A stretch of 64,000 nt of DNA. It comes from Squalus acanthias. Taxonomy: Eukaryota. A model generated the notes under the pieces. That model was not told where the DNA came from and made no database searches. It saw only the letters and a list, made by a program, of their open reading frames with translations. The stretch is taken from NCBI GenBank assembly GCA_030390025.1, contig CM059432.1, forward strand, positions 135,100,001-135,164,000. Direction: 5' to 3'. This document shows positions 1 to 12,384 of this stretch, one piece after another; the stretch's first letter is position 1, and each line of letters begins with the position of its first letter. Position numbers and translations under genes: made by a program.

Positions 1-865
1 ATTCTCCCTCAAAGCTTTGCTGCCATTGTAAAGGTGGGGCAAGGGCAGCAACACACCCCATACACACCTGCACCAGACACTGTTAGAGGAGATTAAAATT
101 GGGATCATTGATATTTCACTGGTATGAGGGAGGCTCAGGAAGTTGATGAGAGATGCTGCTGTATTCACGGGTCATGACGTATGCCTGCGGGAAATGGAGG
201 GAATGCTTTATTTGGCTCGGGTATTGGGCACCTGCAGCTCTGGTTGTCTCACAGATTTCACTGAAAGTGTTGTCGATTAGAGCCCATCTTACTGGTTGAA
301 CTCTTGCTGGTGGCCTGATCAAACATAAGGGTTGGCAAGCCCAATGTGGAGGCACAAAAGAGAAACTATGGCCAGGTGCAGCACTACAATGGGACTGTTT
401 AATTGGCCGCAATGTTCCTCATAATGCCAATACTGGTAAGCCATAACCCTTAAGAACAGTAGCATAAACGGCGCTCAAAGTACCTTTAACGCCTAGCCTG
501 CAACATTCTGTCAAGCACAAATTAGGTATTAAAATTTACTAACGCTGCAAAATTTGCCACAATATGTTTTAGTAATTTGTCACAGGACAGGTTTAAGTTT
601 CTGGTTTACGAGCGAATGTGTAAATTTGTAAAGCTGCCTTTGTAACTTTACCAGTGTGCTTTAGTTCATAATTAATAGCCAACTTGTCAAATGCAACAGT
701 GTCCTGAAACAGTTATTAATCGGTAACGTTGCAAAGTTATCATTTATCTACTTTACAAAAATAAGTACAAACGACTGCATTTGGCTCTGCATGTGTTTGT
801 CATCTACCAGCTTAACTCCCCCCCCCCCCCACCCCCGCAACAAAGAGAAGTAGCAATTCTGCATA

Positions 866-1580
866 CTGCAGTTACAGCTCTACAAAGCCCTGGTTAGACC
901 ACACCTGGAGTACTGTGAGCAGTTCTGGGCACCACACCGTAGGAGGGATATATTGGCCTCGGAGGGAGTGCAGCGTAGGTTTACCAGAATGATACCCAGA
1001 CTCCAAGATAATGTTCCCTTTATGGTGTGCGGCCACGCGGCACTCTGCAGCTCCCGTGCAGCCGGATTACCGGCTTTTAAATGGGAAATATTTTGAATGG
1101 GCCACGCAGCCTCTTAAAGGGGCCGCACACCCAAAAAAAAAGGGAACATTGCTCCAAGGGTAAAATTACGAGGAGAAATCACACAAACTACGGTTGTATT
1201 CCCTGGAATTTAGATGGTTAAGGGGTGATTTGATCAAAGTTTTCAAGATATTAAGGGGAACTGATCGAGAGAAACTATTTCCGCTGTTTGGGGATTCTTG
1301 GACTAGGATACATAGCCTAAAATTTAAAGCCAGACCTTCCAGAAGTGAAGGTAGGAAACACTTCTACACACAAAGAGTGGTAGAAGTTTGGAACTCTTTC
1401 CTGCAAATGGCAATTGATGCTAGGTTAATTTTAAATCTCACTGATAGATTTTTGTTAACCAAAGGTATTAAGGGATATGGGGTAAAGACGGGTATATAGA
1501 GTTAGGTCACAGATCAGCCATGATCTCACTGAATGGCGGAACAGGCTCGAGGGGCTAAATGGCCGACTCCTGTTCCTATA
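866..1580 (+). mobile_element. CR1 LINE 3' fragment
   Basis: [19 protein letters not shown]...YSLEFRWLRGDLIKVFKIL, followed by the gaatggcggaacaggctcgagggg tail. Confidence 0.9.
1009..1151. mobile_element. hAT-type MITE inserted in CR1
   Basis: TIR aatgttccc / gggaacatt, 8-bp TSD CTCCAAGA/CTCCAAGG. Confidence 0.8.
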
Positions 1581-2407
1581 CTATTGGATGGTAGTTGCAT
1601 TAGCAAGCTAGCCAGTGACGAGTTAGCCCCCTATCATGGTGCTATGATGTAACATCATCTTGCGACAGAATCCAACACCAGCCTCGCACAGACGTACATC
1701 TTTTCCTGAGGTAAAATTAACGCTTTTGGAACACAATACAACAGCTGGTGATGAAAACCACTTGGAAGCCATCAGCTTGAGAAACTTTATTTGGACAAAG
1801 TAAATCACTAGAATCACATAGGGAATGTGTGTACTCTTTATGAACCATCACACTGAATCAGCTAGTGAAAGAAATGATTACGTGTAGAATTAGCATACTT
1901 GGCATAAGCAAACCACAACGGACTAGAGCAGCTAAGATTAAAATTGAGGGATCAATAATATTGTATTGGCAGAAATATTCATAGACAAGGTATAGCCCTC
2001 CCTCTGTCCAGCTGCAAAAATAACAGTGACAGAATGGAAGCCATTCAGAGAAGAGATCTGTCATACTCACCGTGCTGCAGTACAATGTTATGTGCCTACA
2101 GAAGGCAGTAAAAATATTTTTTAAATGATATACTTGACTACAAATTGAGGTATAATAAATAATATTCTAGAACATGATGTAATATTGGCCAGAGATGATT
2201 GGCAACTAGAAAAGCATAATGGTTGAAAATGGGAGAACGTTTAGCAAGTTCTGGGCAATCAGCAACCTATTGGTGGGATGTACATTTTATGCATGAAAAG
2301 ATTTCCTTAAACTGGCAGAGACGTCCCAGATGGGCAAGAGTAATTAATAAAGTTAGATCGTACAGGGATACAGATACAGGAGGCGACCATTATTTGGTAT
2401 AGTCTAC

Positions 2408-3461
2408 GGGCTGGATTTTACCAACCTCGGCGGGTCCGTGGCGGGCGACGTCGGTGGCGGGTCCCAGCCTCGCTGCTGGCTCCATCCCGCTGTCCAAAAT
2501 GATTTTCCCCTGATTGGGCTAGTTAAGCCCACCCAGCGCGTTAGCCGGCCAATTGAAGGAAGCGGGTCTGATGATGTAATTTGATGATGCGTCATCAGCC
2601 GGTTTCCTTAAAGGGACCATGCGCAAATTTAGTTTGATATTTGTGCTGTCAGTGTTCTACAGCATTGAGGTGCTGCAAACACTGACAAGCACTGCACAGA
2701 GGTGCACGGCTGCACCCAGGTTTTCCCATGACTCACTCCGTATGCTTATGGAGTTAGTCACAACTCGCAGGGAGATTCGCTTCCTTTCCAATGGGTGGAA
2801 GAGACCTCCCCAGGACACCAATGCAGCCTGGTTACACAGTGCATGGAGGACACAAGCAGGGATGTCGTCAGAAGAACCAGGCTGCAGTGGTGCAAACCTT
2901 TCAATGATCTCAGTAGATCACGAAATGTTACTGCAAAGCCACACTCAACCTCATCCTGCTGTGCCACTCATCACATCCCCATCACTCTACCTTCCCTAAC
3001 CTACTCCTGCACATCCTTACTCAAACCAACTTACTTTGCACCTCCACCCATCCCTCTCTATCGACATTATCACTTCCCCATCTCCCTAGCCACCCCTCAC
3101 ACTCACCCTCAACCTAGTCCAATCATACCAACTAACAACACGCAAAGGTAGGCACTTGTGTGTTTTAGCCAATGTTCATGTGAAGTTTCTGTTAATGTGC
3201 TGTCAAACATTGAAACATTTTGCATTCTTGGACAGATCTGTGTGCACCTTTGGAAGTGGCTTGGTGAGTTGCAGTGAATGGTGAGACAGAACGGTACCCC
3301 CCGCAATGGTGATGAGTGTGAAAGGAATGGCTTGGACATTGTCGGGATGATTTATGGTGTTGGTGTGGGGTGGTGCCAACCTGGTGCATTATGTGTCAAA
3401 AAAAAACATTTTCCCACCCAACCCGCCACCGATCGCCCCGACCCCCTGAAAAATTCCCCCC
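2408..3461 (+). mobile_element. Non-autonomous Harbinger derivative with Myb/SANT remnant
   Basis: TIRs gggctggatttt / aaaattcccccc and TSD TAC/TAC. Remnant reads AAPRFSHDSLRMLMELVTTRREI...RRTRLQWCKPFNDLSRS. Confidence 0.82.
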
Positions 3462-4149
3462 TACGTCTCCGATTGAAATTGCTTAATTTGAATGATCTAT
3501 TAATCTGAATCTGTGTGAACAAAAAACACCCTCCGTTCTGTTTCTGTTAAGATTGCTTTATTTGACTGACAGAATAATTCAATAATTTTCCTAGAAAATA
3601 TTTTTGCTATTTCTCCTCGAAAAAAAAATCACTGAACTAATAGGAGTGGACTGTGATCTGCAAACCTGAAGTAAAACTCAGTGCATGCAAATGGAAAGAA
3701 CGGAAAAATTGACTAGTCACACCGAACTGAGCATTAGTTTTGCTTTGGAAATACAGAACTGCCTTCAAGTACTGGCTGAACTCAGTAACATCAAGATGCT
3801 TGGGCAAACTTATCACATGGACAAGTAAGACAGCAGAGGAAACTACTGGTTACAAAACAGGGTCAAAAGAAAAATGGATAAGAACATAAGAAATAGGAGC
3901 AGGAGTAGGCCATATGGCCCCTCGAGCCTGCTCCGCCATTTCCAAGATTGCATACAAGATAACAATGCTTCTATCAAGCGGAGAAGGACAAAGGCAAGAA
4001 TGGATTGACTCTGAGTACACAAGAAGACAAGATGAAGTAATGGACCAAATATGTTCATCAATTTCTGAACAAATTTGAATGGCAAGATAAACTGAGAACA
4101 GTGACAGAACTTGAAGAAACTATATGGTCTGGAAGAAAGCGCTCAAGAT

Positions 4150-4625
4150 TAAGTTAAATTTATACAATGCCTTTAACATAAAAACGTCCCAAGTTTGCTT
4201 CACAGTTGGGGGTCATACGTGAACAGGAGTAGGAGGGAAATTATGGCAGGAGGCTGAAAACACAGCTGAAGAGGTAAATTTTACAGAGGTTTCTGAAGGT
4301 GGGAGTAATGTTGCAAGGTGGAGAGGTTAGCGCCAGAGTGTGGGAGCAAGCTGACTGAACACTATGCCATTGATGGTAGAGAAGGTGGAAGTAGGGGAAC
4401 ACACGGTAGTTAGAGTGGAGCTGAAAGAGCAGAGGGAACGAGGAAGAATATCGGGCTGGGGGAGGTTGCAGAAGTACACAATACGCTATGGAAGAATTTG
4501 TAAACGAGGATGAGGATTTTAAATGAGATACACTGAGGAATGGGGGCCAGTGGAGGTTGGCAAGGACAGTGGTGATAGGTGAGTGGGACCTTGTAAGGGC
4601 TAGGACATGGGCAACAGAGTTTATA
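4150..4625 (-). mobile_element. Highly degenerate L2 3' fragment
   Basis: Weak homology to 7240-7720 (tttatacaatgcctttaac...cgtcccaag; gaggatgaggattttaaa). Confidence 0.55.
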
Positions 4626-4950
4626 GGGCGGTAGTTGGAGAGGAGAGAAGTATGCTTCTTAAGGAGTGCGGGGATTACACAAGTTCTAAAAAGGACTGAA
4701 CAATACCAGAGGAAAGGGAGCAGTTGATATCAGAAAGCTTTGGACCAACAGGGGTAAAGGGAGCACTTGGTGGGGCTCAGGAAGAGGATGTGTTTGTTGA
4801 GGGCAGACGTGGAACTGGGGCAGAAGCAGTAGAGAGATGCGAGATAAAAAGGGAGACCCAACAGATCGTAACAACAGGCATAGGGTGAAATTATCAGCTC
4901 TAGGAAAAGTATTTAATATCCTGCTACTGAAGTAGATTTGTAAAACTGTA

Positions 4951-5422
4951 GAAAGAAGAAAGACTTGCATTTATACAGTGAATTTCACAACCTCAGGATG
5001 TCTCAAAGCGCTTTATAGCCAATGAAGTACTTTTTGAAGTGTAGTCACTGTTGTAATGTAGGAAACGGGCCAGCCAATTTGCGCACAGCAAGCTCCCACA
5101 AACAGCAATGTGATAATGACCAGATCATCTCTTATTTTTAATGCTGTTGATTGAGGGATAAATATTGGCCAGGACGCCAGGGATAACTCCCCTGCTCTTC
5201 TTTTAAATAGTGTCATGGGATCCTTTACATCCAGCTGAGAGGACAGATGGGGCCTCGGTTTAACGTCTCATCCAAAAGCCTGCACCTCCGACAGTGCAGC
5301 ACTCCCTCAGTACTGCCGAGAGTGTCAGCCTGGACTCCTGTGCCCAAGTCTCTGGAGTGGGACTTGACCCACAACCTTCTGACTTGAAGTCGAGAGTGCT
5401 ACCAACTGAGCCACGGCTGACA
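4951..5422 (-). mobile_element. Deu-domain tRNA-derived SINE (SacSINE1/AmnSINE1-related)
   Basis: tRNA-like head with A/B boxes, central Deu-like core (catgggatc...gggcctcggtttaacgtctcatcc) and ...ataaatgcaagtctttc tail. Confidence 0.85.
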
Positions 5423-5464
5423 CGAGATAAAATAATGAATAAAGAACGGACTGAATTTAGAAGT

Positions 5465-5635
5465 AAAGGTGAAATTGGTCATGGGCAGTGGCACAAAATG
5501 AGCGATAGAGAATCGGCATTCCATTTTACACCCTGCCTGATTTTCAATGGAAAAGACAATCAGGCGTGGTGTAAAACGGGCTGCCAAATGGTTATCGGCC
5601 ATTTTGTGTTACTGCCCACGGCCAATTTCACTCCC
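5465..5635. mobile_element. Fold-back palindromic MITE (~170 bp)
   Basis: The whole element is an imperfect hairpin: gtgaaattgg..tgggcagt..cacaaaatg..ttttacacc / ggtgtaaaa..cattttgtg..actgccca..ccaatttcac. Half copy near 30480-30540. Confidence 0.7.
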
Positions 5636-5656
5636 AAAATACCCTGTAAGGATCAA

Positions 5657-6515
5657 GGCCGGAATTTTCCCCTAAAAAAAAGGGTGGGTTTGGATCATGG
5701 GGGCAGTTAAATTGTTAAAAATGGGATTCCCAACCTGATCCTGCCTCCAACCCACCCACTTCCAGTTTTAACGGAGGCGGGACGGGGGGGGTGGGGCAGG
5801 TGACCAACCTGCTCCCAGGGGGCGGAAGGTCAATTTAAATATTATGAGGCTGGGAGCCTCTTTTTTCACCTTAATTTTGTTTTTAACTGCATGTGGACAG
5901 GTTTCACACAATTCGTGAAACCCGGCAGTTAAAGTGAGGCGGGGACTGGTGGATTTAGGAGGTAAATGGCTTTATACCTAGCTCCTGGATCCAGGGTCCC
6001 TGCCTAACCCACCGCCTGCGATCGGACACCCCCCCCGCTCCCACGTCCCGCCCAATGAGGCCTCCGATCACCTCCCCACCAATGATTCTGAGGCCGGCCA
6101 CAATCTTCTCTCTCCATGCCGATCCCCGGCCCATCCCCTCCCCCTGCCGATCCCCTCCGCCCTCGAAGCCTGGGCCGACTCCCCCACCACCGATCCCTGG
6201 CCGCCCCTCCCTCCTCCCCACCCCCCCCAACACCCCGCCTCGCTCCCTGACCGAGCCCCCCGACCGAACCCACCCCCTACGCCCCAATCCTTCCCCCGGA
6301 CCGAACCCTCGCTCCCTCTCTGCAGCTACAGGCCTACCCGCGCGCTGCCGGCCAGCCTCTCAATCCGGCAGGCGGGAGACCGAGGCCTCACATGCAAATC
6401 AGGCCCTGCCGTTAAAAGCTGGCAGGGCCTGCGGGAATAACCGGCCTCCCGGGTTTCCCGCCCGGCCTCAAGCCCCCCCCGCCCCCAACCCGCCTACCTG
6501 CAGAAAATTTTGGCC
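5657..6515. mobile_element. GC-rich Harbinger-type MITE
   Basis: TIR ggccggaatttt / aaaattttggcc, TSD CAA/CAA. Left end related to 42241-42710. Confidence 0.75.
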
Positions 6516-7239
6516 CAAGTCTTTGTACTCATTAATATCTCAGAGAAAACAATGAATAAACGAGAGGGGTAATTTTCTGACTTTGCACTCCCTGCAGGGA
6601 ATCTCGCCTGCCTGGAGCACATATGAACAATTTAGCCATGTGCACCCATTAAAGTGATAGGACAAATAAATCATGGGCTGTGATTTCCCACAAGCACAGC
6701 TCCCCATTGGGAACACAGGATCACAGAATTAGCCCTGTGGTGTTCACGAATAAAGAGAAGAGGACAGCAGACTCAAATAAAGGAGGAGTCAGCAAGCACT
6801 TGGAGATCGAGATTTTGCGATTGACAGTGCAGAAACAGGAAATGCAAATAATGTACATCGTTAACAAAACTGCACATCAGAGGAAGGATCTCTCAGAAGA
6901 AAACTCAAGCAAAATTACACACCTGGGATAGGTGACAGGAATTTCAACATCAGCTTATAGGAGATACATATAAAATGTAAGCCACATCACCCATCGTTGG
7001 AGTACAAGATCATCAGCAATGATAAGGTTGGAAGAGAGCCATCAATTGACAAAGCGGCTAGTGTTTTTAAGCAATACTTAACTATCGCTCAAAACTAAGA
7101 GAAGTCTATATATATATATACAGAATAGTAATGTCTACAACATGGCACTGAAAATTGGTTACATAGGTTATAAAGAAGGAACATGACACTTTCAACACTG
7201 AATGTCTTTGCTAGATACTCAGGATAAGTTGAACAGGTA

Positions 7240-8215
7240 AACAACAAAAACTTGAATTTAAATAGCACCTTTAAAGTAGTAAAACATTCCAAGGCGCTTC
7301 ACAGGAGGGTTATCAAACAAACATTTGACCCCGCGCCACATAAGGAGATATTAGGACAGGTGGCCAAAAGCTTGGACAAAGAGGTTGGTTTTAAGGAGCA
7401 TCTTAAAGGAGGAGAGTTAGAGAGGCGGAGGGGTTTAGGGATGGAATTACAGACCTTAGGGCCTTGGCAGCTGAAAGCACGGTCACCAATGGTGGAGCGC
7501 TTAAAATCAGAAGAGGCCAGAATTGGAGGAGCACCGATATCTCGGAGGGTTGTCGGGCTGGAGGGGGCTACAGAGATTTGGGGTGGGGGGTAAGGCCATG
7601 GAGGGATTTCAAAACAAGGATGAGAATTTTAAAATTGAGGGAGCCAATGTAGGTCAGCAAGCACAGGGGTGATGGGTGAATGGGACTTGGTGCGAGTTAG
7701 GATATGGGCAGCAGAGCTTTGGATGAGCTCAAGTTTATGTCGGGTAGAAGATGGGAGGCCGGCCAGGACAGCATTCGAATAGTCAAGTCTTAAGGTAACA
7801 AAGGCATGGATGAGGGTTTCAGGTGAGCTGATGCAGGGTGGAGTCGGGCAATGTTACAGAGGTGGAAGTAGGCGGTCTTGGTGATGGTGCAGATATGTGA
7901 TCGGAAGCTCATCTCGGGGTCAAAATATGACACCAAGGTTGCAAAGGGTCTGGTTCAGCCTCAGACATTTGCCAGGGAGAGAGATGGAGTCGTGTCTAGG
8001 GAACAGATTTTGTGGCGGAGAGGGAAGACAATTTAGTTGGAGGAAATTTCTGCTCATCTAGTACTGGATGTCGGAGAGGCAGTGTGACAAATCAGAGACA
8101 GTGGAGCAATCAAGAGAGTTGGTGGTGAGGTAGAGCTGGGTGTCGTCAGCGTACATGTTGTACCTGACGACGCGTTTTCGGATGATGTCGCCAAGGGCCA
8201 GCATGCAGATGAGAA
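7240..8215 (-). mobile_element. L2 LINE 3' fragment
   Basis: Minus strand HMYADDTQLYL motif near 8130-8160 and the L2-type tail (gtgaagcgccttggaatgttttactactttaaaggtgctattt). Confidence 0.85.
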
Positions 8216-8539
8216 AAAAGGAGTAAATGTACCTCAGATGGATAGGTCACGGGCTTAGTATGCAGGACTCCACCAAGCCCTGTAATGGGAGCCGAATGGA
8301 AAATCGGGAAGCACAACAGGCCAAAAATACCGCATAATGCCTTGTAGAGAAGAACCTTCTATAAGCTAACATCACCTGAGAAGTGCAGCTGCTTGTCAAA
8401 AGCAGGATAGAGTGGATGTGGCTGATACTGGTCCTCTGTACCTGGGGCTCTACAAGCCCCACAGATCATACCACACATTCAGTGAGCTATGAAGCTAGAA
8501 ATATAAACAGCAAATACTTAACAAATTGATGGATGCAGT

Positions 8540-9033
8540 GGGCCCGATTTTCACTGCTCCAAAAACCATTGCGCTGAACTGCCGTCGCTATTTCCAACTG
8601 GGTGGCAGGTGCCCCACTTAAGGCTTACAAGTCGGGGTCCTGTGACACGCATTGGGCCCCAGTGCAATTATCAGGTACGAATGGGCAGAGCGTTTCCTTC
8701 AAGGGGTGGTTGTAGGCCGCTTCAGAAACAGCATAGCTAAGGCTTCAGATTTATGTGAAGCCAGGAGGAGCACAATAGCTGCTGCTGGTCATTTCATGTC
8801 ACCCTCCACTATACCGCACCCCCCCACCCGACTCAGATTGACTCCCCATCCCTATAAAGTCTATAATTGCAGCTCAGTTCACCCCCCCCCCCGCCCGCCC
8901 GTTAGCAAATTGCCTGTGAGCGTTGGTTTAGCACTCACAGCTCGCCAATCAGATGCAAATGAGGCCTGACCATCAAAGCAGCTCGGACATCCCGCAGAAG
9001 GCCCACCGCACTCCCGTAATGAAAGTCAGCCCC
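8540..9033. mobile_element. Harbinger-type MITE
   Basis: TIR gggcccgattttca / tgaaagtcagcccc, TSD AGT/AGT. Confidence 0.7.
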
Positions 9034-9519
9034 AGTATATGGGGGCGGTTCAGTCCCTGTTTCATTAGGCTGGCCAAAACAGCTCTAGAAAGAGATCAAA
9101 ACGCAGATCACGGCGAGTATTAAAAAACTATCCAAGCTAACAACATTTGCCATTCAAAATAAATAATTTGAAAGATGAAAGCTTTAACATAATATTTTAT
9201 GTCAGACCTCTGGTCCAAATTGAATAATCAATGTCATAATGACGAACGAATTGACTTCATACTCGAAACCGGCTTACACACACCCTCCTCCCGCCCCCCC
9301 CACCACCCCTTCTCCTGCAGACAGTTACATTTAAGCCTCTATCTTGCGGAACACGTAGATTTTCTGCCCATTGACTATAAATGGGTGGAAATCTAATCCA
9401 ACTGTTTTCAATAGGCAAACGATGCGTATTTCATATCAAATCTGATTTAGTATCCTACTTGTCTCTCTCTGATTGAAGCTGGGAGGCAAATGTATCCGAA
9501 TGTCTACAATTAACACTCA

Positions 9520-9900
9520 GTATGCCTTTTCTAGAGTAACCACTGGGTTGCCCCAGTGTCATCAACCAAAAACCAAACAAAAGTGCTCCATTTCTAGAGG
9601 GGCACAACTGATAAAGAGCTTAACCATAATAAAAAACAAAGGAAGCTTATAAACTTAAATAATAATATTTTATTGTTACTAGTGTCCACTACGTACTCCA
9701 GGTGCCCTGCGGTGCCCACCGGTTGCGGAAGGCCTCAAGTGTACCGGCGGACACCGTGCACTAACACCGTGCTCCAGGGCCACCCAGGCGCTGACAAGAC
9801 CACGGAGGAGAGGCAGGCAGCCAGAGCGACCACCCCCCCCCCCCCCCCCCCGGGCTGCGTCTAACCCGGACCTGTGGATGGCCACCTTGGCCAGGCCCAG
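9520..9900 (-). mobile_element. Tx1-clade (L1 group) LINE ORF2 C-terminus plus 3' UTR, fused to the 5S fragment
   Basis: Frameshift-corrected translation LGLAKVAIHRS...GCLPLLRGLVSAWVALEH...VSAGTLEAFRNRWAPQG/LEYVVDTSNNKIL resembles Tx1-type ORF2 C-termini. A T-rich tail with a short hairpin follows. The 3' boundary is approximate. Confidence 0.72.
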
Positions 9901-9952
9901 AAAGCTTTTTGCACCTGGTATTCCCAGGCGGTCTCCCATCCAAGCACTAACC
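9901..9952 (-). pseudogene. 5S rRNA 3'-half fragment (head of a chimeric retroelement)
   Basis: Minus strand GGTTAGTGCTTGGATGGGAGACCGCCTGGGAATACCAGGTGCAAAAAGCTTT. By eye about 46/52 identical to the 3' part of vertebrate 5S rRNA, including box C. Box A and the 5' half are absent. Confidence 0.92.
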
Positions 9953-10369
9953 CATCAGAGCACCGTGCAAGTTGGTCTAGCACTCTATGTGATTTGTTAG
10001 TCACACAGTAACCAAGGACCACAGAAGAGGAAAACACAACCAAATGCTTTCAACAAATAGCTATACAGATGCTTACAGAATCATATTAAATACAGTAATG
10101 TGAAAAATTAACATGGCCACAGATATTATCATTACCTAATTGCCTTTCTTACCATCAATACTGCTGCTGATACACATGATTTATTTATTTTAATCACATG
10201 CTGTGCAAAAGCAAAAAGATTGTGACAAAATAACCCATTGATGCAAATGCAAGGAGCAACCATTACCAAGGTCATTTATTAACCCCTGTAATAAATGTAA
10301 TGAGTTAATGCAATTTTCAAATTTAAGCCTAATTTTTGGAAAAAACAATGATGATAATAATGCACCTAC

Positions 10370-11062
10370 CATCATCGAGATACAATTGATCCAGTTCTTG
10401 AGGCTCTTGCTTCACTGTAACTTGCAAGGGAGTCAAATCCTGACTGTTTTCTTGGTGCATTGGCGGCATCATTGATTGATTAGATGGAGATCCATTTCTT
10501 GGCGGTTTCTGAGCTTGCTGCTGCTGACCCATGGCTGCTGAGTTAGCTGGACTGAAGGGCTGCACATAAGCGGCCTCTGGGGAAGCGGCAGGGCCTTGAG
10601 GAGAAAGATTGTTGGGATACAGAGTTTGCTGGAAACCATGGGAACAGCTACTGTTCAGATGCTGACTCATCTGGGGCTGCATCATAACGTGTGCTGAATG
10701 AGTGGGTGAACTTGGATGCACAACAACAGATCTGTGTACTTCTTGAATAGTGGGCACTGTTGCTCCAGACTGCTGGTGACTGAGCTGAGCGCTGGCTATG
10801 CTGCTGACGCATTTGGTATAAGTGACGGGTGTAATTTCATGCTGCTTGTGACCTGTAGTAGGGGAGGATGATAACCCAGTGTTCCTCTGCTGACAAGAGG
10901 GAAAGCTACTTACAAGGCAGGAACCAGGATCCGGTGTCAGCTCGGGTGTCATGACCTGTTGGAAGTAGTAAGACTGGGACACTGGGCTCATCCCTTGATT
11001 AAGCGATCCATAGACTAAGGCAGGTTCGTAGTCATCGGCGGGTTCTGTTTTTATAACAGGAA
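10370..11062 (-). CDS. NFATC1: NFATC1 large C-terminal coding exon (human exon 9 equivalent, long C isoform)
   Basis: 693-nt exon, ttttttttccccccAG acceptor and GTAGGT donor, phase 1/1. Encodes VPVIKTEPADDYEPA...VTVKQEPQELDQLYLDD(V), matching human VPIIKTEPTDDYEPA...VTVKREPEELDQLYLDDV. Confidence 0.96.
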
Positions 11063-12384
11063 CTGGGGGGAAAAAAAAACAAGACGATAGATATTCAAGT
11101 GTGTGTGGGTCTGTGGCTAGGATACTCTGCAAAATAAACACGATTCTCAATCAGTCTCTGTATGTCAGTGGCCTCAGTCTCCCACCCAATAAAAAAATGG
11201 ATGAGTCATGTGCACAAGAAAGTCACAGCTGGTTCTCATATTGAAAACACTATTTTTTTTGGAATCACCCTCACCACAAATGTACTGTATAAACACATTT
11301 TTACAGGCCTGCAGTACAACAGAGGCCTGAGGCCCAAAGCCTCCAAAAGTTAACATTCATTACTTGGATTGAGAATGTTTAAATTCGAACATTGAAAAAA
11401 AAAAGAAATGGTAGAACAAAAAATCCCATAAAGACAATTGGCAAAGATAATCGTCTAAAATGATTACAGGAGTACTATTACTGCAACCATGGTGGTAGAA
11501 GGGAATGACAAGACATGAACGATTATAACCGGAGTCTAGAATCTGAGCATTCAGGCCTATCTTTAACCTCCAATTTTCCTCTTACTTTCCCCCCCCCCCT
11601 CTTTTTTTCTTCACAGCCATTCAGTCACCCTGCACTCCTCTGTGTCAGCTGCATTCACTTACTAGTTAGTGGAGTGATTGGTTACAAATCACTTTAAAAA
11701 CGCTCGCTAAGTTCAGTTTGGCTGAGTTTCAGACGTCCTATCACAGCGGCTGCTGCGAGATCGGGGAGGAATACAGATATTGAAGGGACATCAATAAAAG
11801 TGTAAACATTAACTACACAAACATCTCAATTTAATGATGACAATGAACTCAAAAAGGTGTGTGGCAATTTAGGTTTCAGTATATACAACTCTAATTTACT
11901 CGTCATCTCCATTTCTGTCTAAAAGCAACCCTGGTGTGTGAAAAGCCGCAACAGTGTTTTGATAGCTACAGGTTTTCCTGAATTTACAGTGAAAATAAAC
12001 GTTAATAAATCATGGGATGGAAAACAGGAGTGAAGAACGAACTCTTGCGATTTTGCCTTCTTATTGTTTACTGCCTCAAACTGGTGTCAAGAATTACATG
12101 CATTTATTAAATAATGCCAATGGGATTATTGATGCATTTCCCCATCTGCCCTCTACATTGATGTGCAGTTGTCATGTTGCCATTTAAACCAAAAAAAAAG
12201 AATGTTTCTCTCAGTCTCTGTTTTGACTGACTTATTCTCAGCTGCTCGTCCAATAATGAAGCAGCCATGCTGGGCTACAGCAGAATTACATCGAAACAGA
12301 AACAGGCCATTCGGCCCAATTGGCCCATGCTGGTGTTTATGCTCCACACCCACCTCCTCCCACCCCTCTTCATCGCACCCTACC

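Noticed and set aside
1..558. Harbinger-like element end at the window start
   Set aside because: Only a faint TIR-like end (gcaaaatttgcc) and weak transposase-like words; not enough to call.
6055..6555. Proline-rich 166-aa ORF (and overlapping Gly-rich antisense ORFs)
   Set aside because: Low-complexity C-rich interior of a TIR/TSD-bounded MITE, with no protein-family motif.
9901..9952. Functional 5S rRNA gene or 5S array
   Set aside because: The 5' half and box A are missing, the terminal stem is mutated (AAAAA), there is no T4+ terminator and no tandem units.
1..10369. Terminal NFATC1 exon (VNEIIR...)
   Set aside because: Not found by eye on the minus strand. It presumably lies left of the window.
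10329..11150. 273-aa ORF as a single-exon gene
   Set aside because: Its first ~29 and last ~13 codons are intronic. Splice signals at 11063-11064 and 10368-10369 delimit an internal NFATC1 exon.
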